Assembly (NCBI RefSeq): GCF_000014265.1
Contig: NC_008312.1
Span: forward strand, 7,140,001 to 7,172,000
Source: Trichodesmium erythraeum IMS101
GTDB taxonomy: Bacteria; Cyanobacteriota; Cyanobacteriia; Cyanobacteriales; Microcoleaceae
Direction: 5' to 3'
Length of the DNA stretch: 32,000 nt
The first letter of the stretch is position 1, and every line of letters begins with the position of its first letter. Of the stretch, positions 1-8,646 are shown piece by piece. Under the pieces are notes generated by a model that worked only from the letters and a program-made list of their open reading frames with translations, had not been told where the DNA came from and ran no database searches. A program made the position numbers and the translations under genes.

Positions 1-499
1 CAAATTTTTGGGTAGTCATGACTGCGTTGTAATTTTCGAATTGTCCCTGTAGCGAAGAGATTCCGACTTCCTTAAAGTTACCACTCATCAGGTTTCTCCG
101 ATGACCCGGACTGACGAATAGGTTTTTGTGGTTACCCTCCACAAAAGTGGTTAAGTCTGGCGTACCTGTTGTTCCCCTGTAAGCGATATTTTCCCCAGTA
201 GACCAGGGAGGTGCGAGGACATACCCCGCAGCCTGCATACGTTGGGTGGGGCTGCTACCACCTTCTCCTGTGTGACTAAATACGTTATTATTTAGCATCC
301 ATTGACTATGATCTTGAGCAGCACTATGGAGTTCGAAATTAAATACTAGAGGTTGTTTGGCATCGGTGGAAATTGTATTTGAAGGAAGTCCTTGATTTAG
401 GTCTCCATTTAGATATAAATCAGCTTCTCCTTGAGGATTTGCTCGACCTCTGTTTACCAATTCGAGCATATATTGGTCTTGAGCAGTGGGTTGTGTCAT
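1..499 (-). CDS. CAP/SCP (PR-1-like) domain protein, N-terminal part; the gene runs off the left window edge
   Basis: A minus-strand ATG (plus-strand cat at 497-499) opens a frame that stays open to position 1. My translation is MTQPTAQDQYMLELVNRGRANPQGEADLYLNGDLNQGLPSNTISTDAKQPLVFNFELHSAAQDHSQWMLNNNVFSHTGEGGSSPTQRMQAAGYVLAPPWSTGENIAYRG...SPGHRRNLMSGNFKEVGIS. It shows the CAP-domain layout (L..AA..HS..M...FSH.G, GENIA, SPGHR.N....F.E.G). It is absent from the ORF track because no stop lies inside the window. Confidence 0.65.
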   Translation of the reverse strand, partial: MTQPTAQDQYMLELVNRGRANPQGEADLYLNGDLNQGLPSNTISTDAKQPLVFNFELHSAAQDHSQWMLNNNVFSHTGEGGSSPTQRMQAAGYVLAPPWSTGENIAYRGTTGTPDLTTFVEGNHKNLFVSPGHRRNLMSGNFKEVGISSLQGQFENYNAVMTTQKF

Positions 500-786
500 G
501 GTTTGTATTTAAATATAAACGATTGTAATTGACAAAGCAGGAATTATTTTCCAATAGACTCGCAGAACTAAATCACATATATAGTAGGGGCTTTTTGGCG
601 TTTGCCCTCTACAGATAGGTTATTATTTATAAGTTTGAGTAGACCCCGATTAATTTAATGTTAGCATTTGAATCAACAAAAAGTCAATGAAAAATTACTT
701 AATTTCAGCTAAATATTCGGAAAATGCCAAAATAGCCGTACCCTAGTCCCTTATTATCTTGGGCTAATTGGAAAATGCTAAAAGAG

Positions 787-794
787 GCGATCGC
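787..794. repeat. HIP1 octamer GCGATCGC, one example of at least 15 copies in the window
   Basis: I located exact GCGATCGC at 787, 845, 3567, 3838, 5557, 7850, 10603, 11266, 12182, 19840, 21228, 23989, 25342, 25461 and 29338. That is far more than chance allows for a GC-rich 8-mer in AT-rich DNA. HIP1 over-representation is a known cyanobacterial signature. Confidence 0.9.
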
Positions 795-910
795 TAATCC
801 CTCATCACCTTGCACTCCACTCACCGATGATAAGGGAGAAGGAGGCGATCGCTAGTTCTTCTCTTCTGTACAGAAGCAAATTTATGAGAGTTTGGGTGGT
901 ACAAAAGAAC

Positions 911-1000
911 AGGACTTACGCAAATTCACCTTAAAAACACCAAATGTAGGGGCTTTCTGGCATTCGCCTTCACTAGATATAGTGCCCGTGCGTAAGTCCT
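911..1000. mobile_element. 90-bp MITE-like palindromic-ended repeat, copy 1
   Basis: AGGACTTACGCAAATTCACCTTAAAAACACCAAATGTAGGGGCTTTCTGGCATTCGCC...GTGCGTAAGTCCT. The termini AGGACTTACGCA and TGCGTAAGTCCT are inverted repeats. It is nearly identical to 1603-1692. Confidence 0.7.
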
Positions 1001-1602
1001 GAGGAATATGATTACGAGGTTTAGAAAAAGTTCGTAGACTGGCAGAAGATGGCATAAAGGGGGGAGTGGTTCTCCGGTGTTAACTTGTAATGATAAGCTT
1101 GTATGGGGAACCTGCCCAGTTTATTTCAGTTTGTATTTCGGTTTGGAACCGCGCGGATAGATGTTGGGCGATCCTTCTTCTTTCGTACGTGGGCTTGTAG
1201 CTACTAACATATAGTTATAGTAGTTGTCAATGAAGAAATTTGGGTTATGTTTTTTCCGGAAGTTTCCTTAACTCTACAGAAAAGAATTTTAAAACTAGTT
1301 TGAGTTTGAAGACCTCAAAAATTATCGTGACAACCAAAACCTTGTACAGACATTCCATGGAACCTACCTACTGTACCCGACTAAAATGAAAAACGCTGTA
1401 ATTATCGGGATATTTTTCAGGTTCAAGCCCTACTACAGACTAGATTTTTTTGTAGGGGGTTTGGAAACTAAACGCAAACATTCAGCTATCAGCAGTCAGC
1501 TCGAACACTTTACCTAGGTCATGCTGGGAAAAAAACACATAAAAGTAACAAAATACTTGCATAAAGCTGATCATCTTTTTTGTGTCCGACCTTTAATTAT
1601 TC

Positions 1603-1692
1603 AGGACTTACGCAAATTCACCTTAAAAACACCAAATGTAGGGGCTTTCTGGCATTCCCCCTCACTGGGTGTAGTGCTCGTACGTAAGTCCT
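1603..1692. mobile_element. 90-bp MITE-like palindromic-ended repeat, copy 2
   Basis: It has the same length and orientation as 911-1000, with only a handful of substitutions in the right third. Track ORF 1521..1724 simply reads through it. Confidence 0.7.
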
Positions 1693-1760
1693 GTTATTAT
1701 TGGAGGCATTTCACCTCCTTCTAGCTAATAGCTGAATGCTTACAACTAAACCCCTAAAAT

Positions 1761-3971
1761 TTAATCTACTAATTCGATAGCCCGCTTAGTCAAAGTTTCA
1801 GCAGTAATACCATTAAAAGCCATCACCTCACCAGCACTAGAAGCAGTCTCCCCTCGACGCCAAGCAAAGGTATCCCGCTTAACCTGACTCCGTAACATAA
1901 TTGGTTCTAACATCAAACTGGCGCCACCAGTCACAGCAATTAAAGCATCACCACCGAATAATTCCTCAAAACCAGCATCATCCAAAAAACCGCCATCAGC
2001 TTCAGAACAAGTATTCCAACCTGTATCCTGGGGACGGTACAAGCGCCGGGGATTAATTACTGAAACTATCCGTACCCCAATACCTTTAGTTTCCAAATAG
2101 GCAGCAGCTTCAAATACTGGAATTAATGGCAGATCTCCCAGTACTGCAAACACAACAGTCTGACCCCCTTTAACCTCTTGAAGAATAACAGCACCATCCT
2201 TTAACCCTTGTCTTGCCTGTTCAAAAGTAGTCCGAATAGGTAAAGGTGACTTACTAGCAGTAATAGTCACACCCTTATTTTTAGTACTCAGCGCCCAGTC
2301 ATAACAAACTTGAATACTATTAGCATCAGGTGGGAAAAGGGCGAACACATTTCCATTCCGCATCATCGCAGCAAAATAAGCTTCAATTTCCGGGCGTTGG
2401 TGAGTCCAACCATTGCGCCCCTGTTCCAATGCTCCAGCAGTAAATAATGTAATTGTCGAAGGAGTCAGGTGACGTAACTCCGCCATTGCTTGAGTAACAG
2501 TTTGCCAAATAGGTACCCCGTTAATAGCAAAAGATTCATAAGAACACCAAACTGTCCGGGCTCCCATCAATGCTAAAGCAGCAGCCATTCCAGCACAAGC
2601 GTCTTCGCTCAAAGGTTCATAAACCTGACCTCCTGGACCTTGGAAATAAATATCGTCAGGGGTGGGGTGAATAATTTTCAATGCTTGGTTAACATTATTA
2701 ATACCTGATGCAGCGTTACCATCAGCATTTGTTAGCAAGAAATGAGGGTCTTTTTGACCGACATGAGCTATTAATGCTCCCATGGCAGTTGTGGCAACTT
2801 TGGGGTCCCCACCAACTGTATATTCTTCTAAAGGTAGTTGACCTAATTCTGTTAGTGGATACTCAAATTCAGTCACAACAGTCTTAGATGCCGGACCTCC
2901 ACCAGCACGTTCGCAATTTTTTCGTACTAACTCCCAAGCTGCTACTGATAAGGCACGTTCTTTGAGAGTATTGATAATTTGGGGACTATCGAGGGTGTCT
3001 TTAGGATAGAGGTTGTGAGATTTTGAACCTCTGGCGTGAACCCCGGCCCCCTTGAGTTGTTTGATAATAAAAATCGTGAGTTTACCATCAAGAGCAGATT
3101 TTGCTGCTTTGTCAACATTTTCTAATACCGCTTTGGTAAATTCTAGGCGTTTTTCTAAAGAGAAGGCACTACTGTCAATATAGTCTCCTGGTTGGTTTTG
3201 GTCGTCGAAGTCCTTAGCATCTACCAGTATGACTTCTGCAAAACCGTTGCCTTTCCAGTAGCTAATCATTTCTGCATTACTTTTTGTGGAAACCATGCTG
3301 TGGTGTTCTTGACTATAACCGTTCCATACTAATACTGGTAAAAAGTTGGTAACATTAGGATAGGCAGTGTTAAAGTGCATCATACTGCTGACTGGATATG
3401 GTTCTCCCATACCACCGTCCCCTAAGGTGAAAGGAAATAGGGTGTTTTGATGTAATAATGCTGCTGCCATGGCGAAATGTTGACCTTGTCCCAGTGGCCC
3501 GGCAGGGTTGAGTAAACCAGGAATATAGCCAGATAGGTGTCCGAGGAGTCCGTGCATTTCCCGGAAGCGATCGCGCATTTGTTGGACACTGAAGATTTTC
3601 ATATCTTCTAGGGAGCGGTCAAGAAATACAGCGCTATAAAATCCGGGGGCGTGGTGTCCGACCTCTGTGAGAATATTTTTGTAGCCTAACATTACTAGGG
3701 CTGCATAAGCTTCGGCTTGACTGGCAAAACCGCCTGGGTGTCCTGATGCTTTGCTGCCTGTTACTTGTAACATTAAATAACGCAGAGCATCAGCGTAGAG
3801 GAGGGTTTGATATATGCCAGTAGGGTCACTTGGTGAAGCGATCGCTTTACTTCCTTCTGCTATTGCTGGTGTTTTACCGTAGGTTTCAAAATCAGGCCAA
3901 GCTTTTCCAAAATATTGGATACCTTCACAAAAATCCGGGACTGTTGTTGGTTTTGGAGTTGTTGTAGTCAT
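1761..3971 (-). CDS. Divergent thiamine-diphosphate enzyme of the phosphoketolase/transketolase superfamily
   Basis: 736-aa ORF. The N-terminal TPP-binding region has SGHPGGFAS and GDGGMGEP...LVWNGYSQEHHS, comparable to the phosphoketolase GDGE...LNGYKI block. The Pyr-domain block EPLSEDACAGMAAALALMGARTVWCSYESFA resembles the phosphoketolase E.LSE..C.G...L.G....SYE.F pattern. It is neither a canonical about-670-aa Tkt nor an about-800-aa Xfp. Confidence 0.6.
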   Translation of the reverse strand: MTTTTPKPTTVPDFCEGIQYFGKAWPDFETYGKTPAIAEGSKAIASPSDPTGIYQTLLYADALRYLMLQVTGSKASGHPGGFASQAEAYAALVMLGYKNILTEVGHHAPGFYSAVFLDRSLEDMKIFSVQQMRDRFREMHGLLGHLSGYIPGLLNPAGPLGQGQHFAMAAALLHQNTLFPFTLGDGGMGEPYPVSSMMHFNTAYPNVTNFLPVLVWNGYSQEHHSMVSTKSNAEMISYWKGNGFAEVILVDAKDFDDQNQPGDYIDSSAFSLEKRLEFTKAVLENVDKAAKSALDGKLTIFIIKQLKGAGVHARGSKSHNLYPKDTLDSPQIINTLKERALSVAAWELVRKNCERAGGGPASKTVVTEFEYPLTELGQLPLEEYTVGGDPKVATTAMGALIAHVGQKDPHFLLTNADGNAASGINNVNQALKIIHPTPDDIYFQGPGGQVYEPLSEDACAGMAAALALMGARTVWCSYESFAINGVPIWQTVTQAMAELRHLTPSTITLFTAGALEQGRNGWTHQRPEIEAYFAAMMRNGNVFALFPPDANSIQVCYDWALSTKNKGVTITASKSPLPIRTTFEQARQGLKDGAVILQEVKGGQTVVFAVLGDLPLIPVFEAAAYLETKGIGVRIVSVINPRRLYRPQDTGWNTCSEADGGFLDDAGFEELFGGDALIAVTGGASLMLEPIMLRSQVKRDTFAWRRGETASSAGEVMAFNGITAETLTKRAIELVD

Positions 3972-4163
3972 AGCAATTTTCCTGTATTTTGCTCTTTTTA
4001 TCTCAATTTAACATCTACGGGGATCGATTTTAATTTCTTTTGACTAATTATTTGATGTAGTAATAATACTAATTCACTTTTAATATGTCACAAATAAATA
4101 GTTTGCAACTTTAAATTTCAAATGATTTCCTGAAAGTAGTGTATAATTAAGTGTTTGAGCAGA

Positions 4164-5166
4164 TATAACCCCTACAGGTATCTTTTCGGTCCAAGGTTAT
4201 ACTAAGTAGCAATATAGCTGCCGCCACCATCCTCCGCCAAAGCAAATTATTTAACTAAGAGGTTGGTCAATGCCATATTCTGGTAGTTTAGCAGATAAAG
4301 AATGGGTTCTGATTGAACCATTGTTGCCAAAAAAAAAGAAAACTTGCCCCATACATAGGGAGTAAAAGATAAATATTGGACGGTATACTTTCTTAACTGA
4401 AAAACGGTTGTTATTGGTCTAATAGAATAAAGATTTAAGTCCTTACTCCATCGTATTTTGGCATTATAAACAGTGGCGAGAATCAGGAATAATAGAACAG
4501 ACTAGAGATGTATTACACTCTCAAGTACATCAACATGTAGAAAAAACGCTCCGGGACAACTCTAATAAATTAATTCCCAGATAGTAAAAAAATACCTGTA
4601 ATGTTAGTGTCAAGTTCAAGGGATTCAGTTTCAAGTAGACTACTAATGGAATTTATAAGGCACTTAGCAGAAAATATCTGGGCTTTCCTTTTTTTGCTTC
4701 GTAGCACATGCATCGTCAAAAACTGATAATATGGATTAATTGAAATGTTGTCAGACAACATTGACTACTTTAAGTCCAAACCTGTAAAAATTCGTAAAAT
4801 CACTATTTTACTTGATAATTGATACTACCTCGAAAAAATTATACAGTAGTTAAAGACAGTTTATCCAGCAATTATGACCAAGATCAGGTTTCAACTTTCC
4901 GCTCAACCATCAAAAGTTGAGAAAGAAAAACAAGGAAACACGATATTTGTTACAATTCAAGCTAGATGGGTCATAGAAAGAACTAACTCTTGGATGGAAA
5001 GATATAAAAGCTTGACTAAAAAAATTGATGCGAACCCTAGAAAATACCACCGCCAAGATTAATCTTTGTTTTATCCAAACTAATGCTCAAAAAATTGGCG
5101 TTAGCGGAGGATGGTGGCAACAGCTATATCGCCTAATTCTCTAGAGAAACCTGTAGGGGTTCTATA
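4164..5166 (+). mobile_element. Degenerate, internally deleted IS5-family insertion sequence
   Basis: The terminal inverted repeats are TATAACCCCTACAGG (4164-4178) and CCTGTAGGGGTTCTATA (5150-5166). The subterminal inverted pair is ATATAGCTGCCGCCACCATCCTCCGC and GCGGAGGATGGTGGCAACAGCTATAT. About 1 kb remains and it encloses broken transposase frames. Confidence 0.75.
4270..5062 (+). pseudogene. IS5-family (DDE) transposase, frameshifted and truncated
   Basis: The N-terminus MPYSGSLADKEWVLIEPLLPKKK... and ...SIVFWHYKQWRESGIIEQTRDVLHSQV match the typical IS5-family N-terminal region (L.D.EW..IEPLLP ... Y..W...G). The C-terminal piece in ORF 4874..5062, ARWVIERTNSWMERYKSLTKK, matches the conserved RWVVER.F.W......L..DYE tail. 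The central catalytic part is missing or replaced, and stops interrupt the frames. Confidence 0.7.
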
Positions 5167-5175
5167 AAATCTAGC

Positions 5176-5221
5176 TTTTAACTTTTAACTTTTGAGTTTT
5201 GACTTTCGTGAAACGGTTAAG
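5176..5221. repeat. STRR-like heptamer run plus a conserved CGTGAAA..TAAGTC tail
   Basis: The run is TTTTAAC TTTTAAC TTTTGAG TTTTGAC TTTCGTG AAACGGTTAAGTC. The same module recurs at 12572-12620. Short tandemly repeated heptamers are typical of heterocystous cyanobacteria. Confidence 0.6.
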
Positions 5222-5311
5222 TCTGGGTAATATTGGTAAAGTTGTAGACAATCAAATAAAAATTAATACTTATAATAATTAGTATAAGTAAAAAATCACT
5301 CAATTAAGAAT

Positions 5312-5700
5312 ATGACAATGAGGCAACTGCCAGGTCCAAAAGCTCCTACTGTGATTAAACTGCTCCAGTTGGTTGCTTAACCATTGACATTTATACAAAA
5401 ATGTGCATAGCAATATAGCGACATATTTGAAGTAAAATTGGATTACCTAACAGTATTTATCAAGCATCCAAAGGCCATTGAATAAATTTTCCAGGCTAAC
5501 CCAAAACAGCTCGACTATGGTGTAGAAAATCAATTGTTGCTAGCATTGCTAGGAGAGCGATCGCTCTCGTTGCTAGACATTACTCCAAAACTTAAGGTTA
5601 ACTATTGATGCCATCTTTTCATGGGGAAAGGATGCAAGCTTGTAGGTAGAACAAATCGCACTTTTTTATCCTTATTAAACCATTTTTCTGCCATTCCCCC
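5312..5700 (+). pseudogene. Cytochrome P450 (CYP110-like) N-terminal fragment with multiple in-frame stops
   Basis: One frame reads MTMRQLPGPKAPTVIKLLQLVA*PLTFIQKCA*QYSDIFEVKLDYLTVFIKHPKAIE*IFQANPKQLDYGVENQLLLALLGERSLSLLD. After a frameshift it continues LLMPSFHGERMQAC. This follows the P450 N-terminal pattern LPGP....P..F......YGDIF.....P.AI..IF......G.SL.LLDG..H.R.R.LLMP.FHGERM. The remainder of the gene, including the heme-binding region, is absent. Track ORF 5621..5815 is part of the wreck. Confidence 0.65.
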
Positions 5701-6057
5701 TACTATTCTCAAACGGTCTGTATTTTGGATAAATAAGGCAACTAATAGTTCTTTTATTCTTTTTCTTTTTGTTTACTTGATTCTTATTATTGTACAAATA
5801 AAAACCCTTAAATGATTATCTGAAAATTATTTAAGGCTTGAGGGTCAACAAAATTAACTCTGGTATAAAATGTTCTTCAAGATCTGCCCAGTGTGAGCTA
5901 TAATTAAATTATATTGTGGTTTATATGTTTGAGGATAATGCTTCAATTATGGAAATGTAAATGGTATAATATTACTTATATTCACAAATAATTATAGATA
6001 GTACCTATACTTTGCATAAAACAAAAAATACTTGTGGAGAGATGTACTAAAAAAAAT

Positions 6058-6837
6058 ATGAAACTTAATCAAGATTCATTGCTAAGGAGAGCTTTGAAGC
6101 CTACTTTTTACAAAAAGTATTGGCTCAATTTGGCAGAGTATGCTAGTGTAGCCTTCTCTGTATTTGGTGCTTTTGGAGTAGCAGCTTCGGGGCAAGCATT
6201 TTATGCAGTTGCCCCTATAACATTAGCCTTATCTCTGAATATGGCTAACAGATACAGACTTGAACAGCAAATGCAATTATCTCAAATCTCTGAGATAGAA
6301 AAAATTCAAAGCTCAGTAGAAAGGTTAGAAAACAATGCTGTAAAGGTAATAGTTAAACTTCGTCAACAGCTTTCTATCGAAATTGAATCAGTTCGTGAAC
6401 AATTTTCTACTGAATTAACACAAGCTGTAAATTCAGAAATACAACAGCAACTAACTGCACTAGAATACTCAGTTTCTTCTGTACAAAAAAGTTTAGCATC
6501 TGTGGATCAAAAATCTCTGAGTAAATCTGATTGGGAAATAGTAAATGGACGTATTTTGGTGATTGAAGAAGCGATGGCCAATCTACAAAGGGATACGGAA
6601 ATATTGGTTAAAGAAGCATCTGTAGATATATCCCAGCTTCACACCAAAATTGACGATCTGGAAACACAGAATACACAGGTAATAAAACCTCACTTGAAAC
6701 GCCTAATTATACTTATCAGGCAGTTACAACAAAAAAATTATTCTAGCCCATCATCTCATCATCATTCTATAATTTCAAAACAACCCATTAGAGAACATAC
6801 TGGGGAATCAGTAAAACAATCTGAAGGTATATTTTAA
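6058..6837 (+). CDS. Hypothetical membrane-anchored coiled-coil protein
   Basis: The track ORF is 6034..6837 with a GTG start. ATG at 6058 (MKLNQDSLL...) is the more conventional start. A hydrophobic stretch, YASVAFSVFGAFGVAASGQAFYAVAPITLALSL, is followed by a long Q/E/L/S-rich heptad-like region. I recognise no family. Confidence 0.55.
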   Translation: MKLNQDSLLRRALKPTFYKKYWLNLAEYASVAFSVFGAFGVAASGQAFYAVAPITLALSLNMANRYRLEQQMQLSQISEIEKIQSSVERLENNAVKVIVKLRQQLSIEIESVREQFSTELTQAVNSEIQQQLTALEYSVSSVQKSLASVDQKSLSKSDWEIVNGRILVIEEAMANLQRDTEILVKEASVDISQLHTKIDDLETQNTQVIKPHLKRLIILIRQLQQKNYSSPSSHHHSIISKQPIREHTGESVKQSEGIF

Positions 6838-6890
6838 ATATATAATAATTTAATATAAAATTTCCGGCTGGAAAAATAATAACAGTTTAT

Positions 6891-7325
6891 AGCTTATAGA
6901 TATTAAATAAACTTGACCAGAAAACAAGGTTAATTTTTTCCCTTTCCAGGGTATAAAAAAAATAAAATTTAGTATTTCAACCCTCCTTTTTCCAAAAGGT
7001 AATTTTTCGCGACGGGATGTGAAAAACCCAGTTTCCCCTCTGGAAGCTAACTGATAACTCAAATCCAATCTGAAGGTAGGTTTTAAGTATATTATGATTG
7101 CATTTAAAATTTGCTTTATAAAAAATAGTAATAGCTAATAAATATCAAATAAACTTGACCAGGAAAGAAACTAAATAATCTTCTATTTAAAGGTAATAAA
7201 AAAAATAAAATTCAGTATTTAAATACTCCCTATTCCAGGAGTTACTTTTTGACTGTGGGATATAACCCAGTTATTACTCATAAGGCTTATAATATTTATT
7301 AAAACAATTTAAACTTGACTATTGA
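6891..7325. repeat. Two diverged copies of an about 150-bp unit plus a partial third, in intergenic DNA
   Basis: Copy A is 6891-7040, copy B is 7133-7280 and partial copy C is 7284-7325. All begin AGCT(T/A)ATA..AT(T/C)AAATAAACTTGACCAG. A and B share the core GGTATAAAAAAAATAAAATT(T/C)AGTATTT and the 3' part ..GGGAT.T.AA.CCCAGTT. I estimate about 70 percent identity by eye. Confidence 0.6.
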
Positions 7326-7492
7326 GTAGTAGATTAAGGTCGGGACTTGGCATGCAAGATCCATAAAATATAAGAATAATTAAGATTGAATTATCTTAAT
7401 TGTGCGAAAAAGTAATTCACTTTGTGTTAATTATTTAATAACTAATAACTGAAGTGACAAACTAATATGAAAATTATTACAGTTTTAACTAA

Positions 7493-8251
7493 ATGATTGA
7501 ACAGTTTACCCTAATATTTGATGTTGATGGCACAATAGCCGATACAGAAAGAGATGGCCATAGAGTAGCTTTTAATCAAGCTTTTGCTGAAGCAGGTTTA
7601 GATTGGGAATGGTCAGTTTCCTTATATGGAGAATTACTGGCGATCTCTGGTGGCAAAGAACGAATTAACTTTTATATTAGTCAGTATAAACCAAAGCTTA
7701 AATCGTCAATTCCACTGCTAGAATTGATTTCTAATCTACACTCAAGTAAAACAAATTATTACCGAAAATTATTAAGTACAGGTGCTATACCATTACGGCC
7801 AGGAATAAAAAGATTATTAACAGAGGCACGAAATAATAAAATGCGTTTAGCGATCGCTACTACTAGTACTATTACAAATGTGACAGCATTATTAGAGAAT
7901 ACCTTGGGAAAAGAAAGTATTTCTTGGTTTGAAATAATTGCGGCAGGGGATATAGTTCCGGCTAAGAAACCTGCACCAGATATTTACTATTATGTATTAG
8001 AAAAAATGAATATTCAAAGCAATAATTGTATAGTATTTGAAGATTCACACCATGGTTTACAAGCTGCTTTGCAAACAGGATTAAAAACAATTGTAACTGT
8101 TAATAATTATACTATTAATCAAAATTTTACTGGCGCAACTCTAGTATTAAATCATTTAGGAGAACCAGAAAAACCATTTACTATTTTGGCTGGAAATGCT
8201 CTAGGTAGAAATTATTGCGATCTAAAGTTAATAGAGCTTCTCCAAGATTGA
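7493..8251 (+). CDS. cbbY: CbbY-like HAD-superfamily phosphatase
   Basis: The N-terminus LIFDVDGTIADTERDGHRVAFNQAFAEAGLDWEWSVSLYGELLAISGGKERI is the characteristic CbbY-type signature (DxDGxxxDTERDGHRVAFN..F...GL.W.W...LYG.LL.I.GGKER). HAD motifs III/IV are present at KKPAPDIY and FEDSHHG. Confidence 0.8.
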   Translation: MIEQFTLIFDVDGTIADTERDGHRVAFNQAFAEAGLDWEWSVSLYGELLAISGGKERINFYISQYKPKLKSSIPLLELISNLHSSKTNYYRKLLSTGAIPLRPGIKRLLTEARNNKMRLAIATTSTITNVTALLENTLGKESISWFEIIAAGDIVPAKKPAPDIYYYVLEKMNIQSNNCIVFEDSHHGLQAALQTGLKTIVTVNNYTINQNFTGATLVLNHLGEPEKPFTILAGNALGRNYCDLKLIELLQD

Positions 8252-8646
8252 AAAAATGTTTTATCTAAATGGTTTTGTTCCTAATAATTTTTACAAAATA
8301 CAGCTGTACATAATCTGCTCTGTATCTGCTATAAATATAAATAGCTGGGAATAGATGCTTATATCAACTAGGAAACTTTTGTCACATAATCAGTAAAAAA
8401 ACATGAGATAAGAGAGAATAAAATTATATAATTAATTTTGTTAACCACTTCAAAATGTCCCCTTGAATAAATAGTTATAATTAAAGTTTCTATTGGGGTA
8501 ATCTCTCTATCTGTATTGTTGATCAAGCTCTACTACAAACGGTATACTTATTTCTCTAAACATGATATAATTTAGTACTATATATTGTAGTTAAGCTACA
8601 ATATTTTTAGACAAAAAAATGATGAGGATATCAAGATAATCAGTCT

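Noticed and set aside
1020-1260. A GGSGSPV-containing frame that hints at a serine-protease remnant
   Set aside because: It is a single short motif in a frame full of stops, which is insufficient evidence.
1405-1440. A tRNA-like T-arm sequence, GGTTCAAGCCC
   Set aside because: No acceptor stem, D-arm or anticodon arm can be built around it. It is at best an isolated fragment.
1521-1724. 67-aa ORF
   Set aside because: It reads straight through MITE copy 2. The same translation segment would occur wherever the repeat sits.
4570-4761. 63-aa minus-strand ORF inside the IS5 remnant
   Set aside because: It lies in the non-homologous AT-rich filler of a degraded element, with no motif and no ribosome-binding site.
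6850-7068. 72-aa minus-strand ORF
   Set aside because: It coincides with repeat unit A of the 150-bp repeat. Unit B does not keep the frame open, so the sequence is not conserved as coding.
8586-8600. An NtcA-like palindrome, TGTA-N-TACA, upstream of prlC
   Set aside because: The spacer is 7 nt (TGTAGTTAAGCTACA), not the canonical 8 nt of GTA-N8-TAC, so it is probably just a palindrome.
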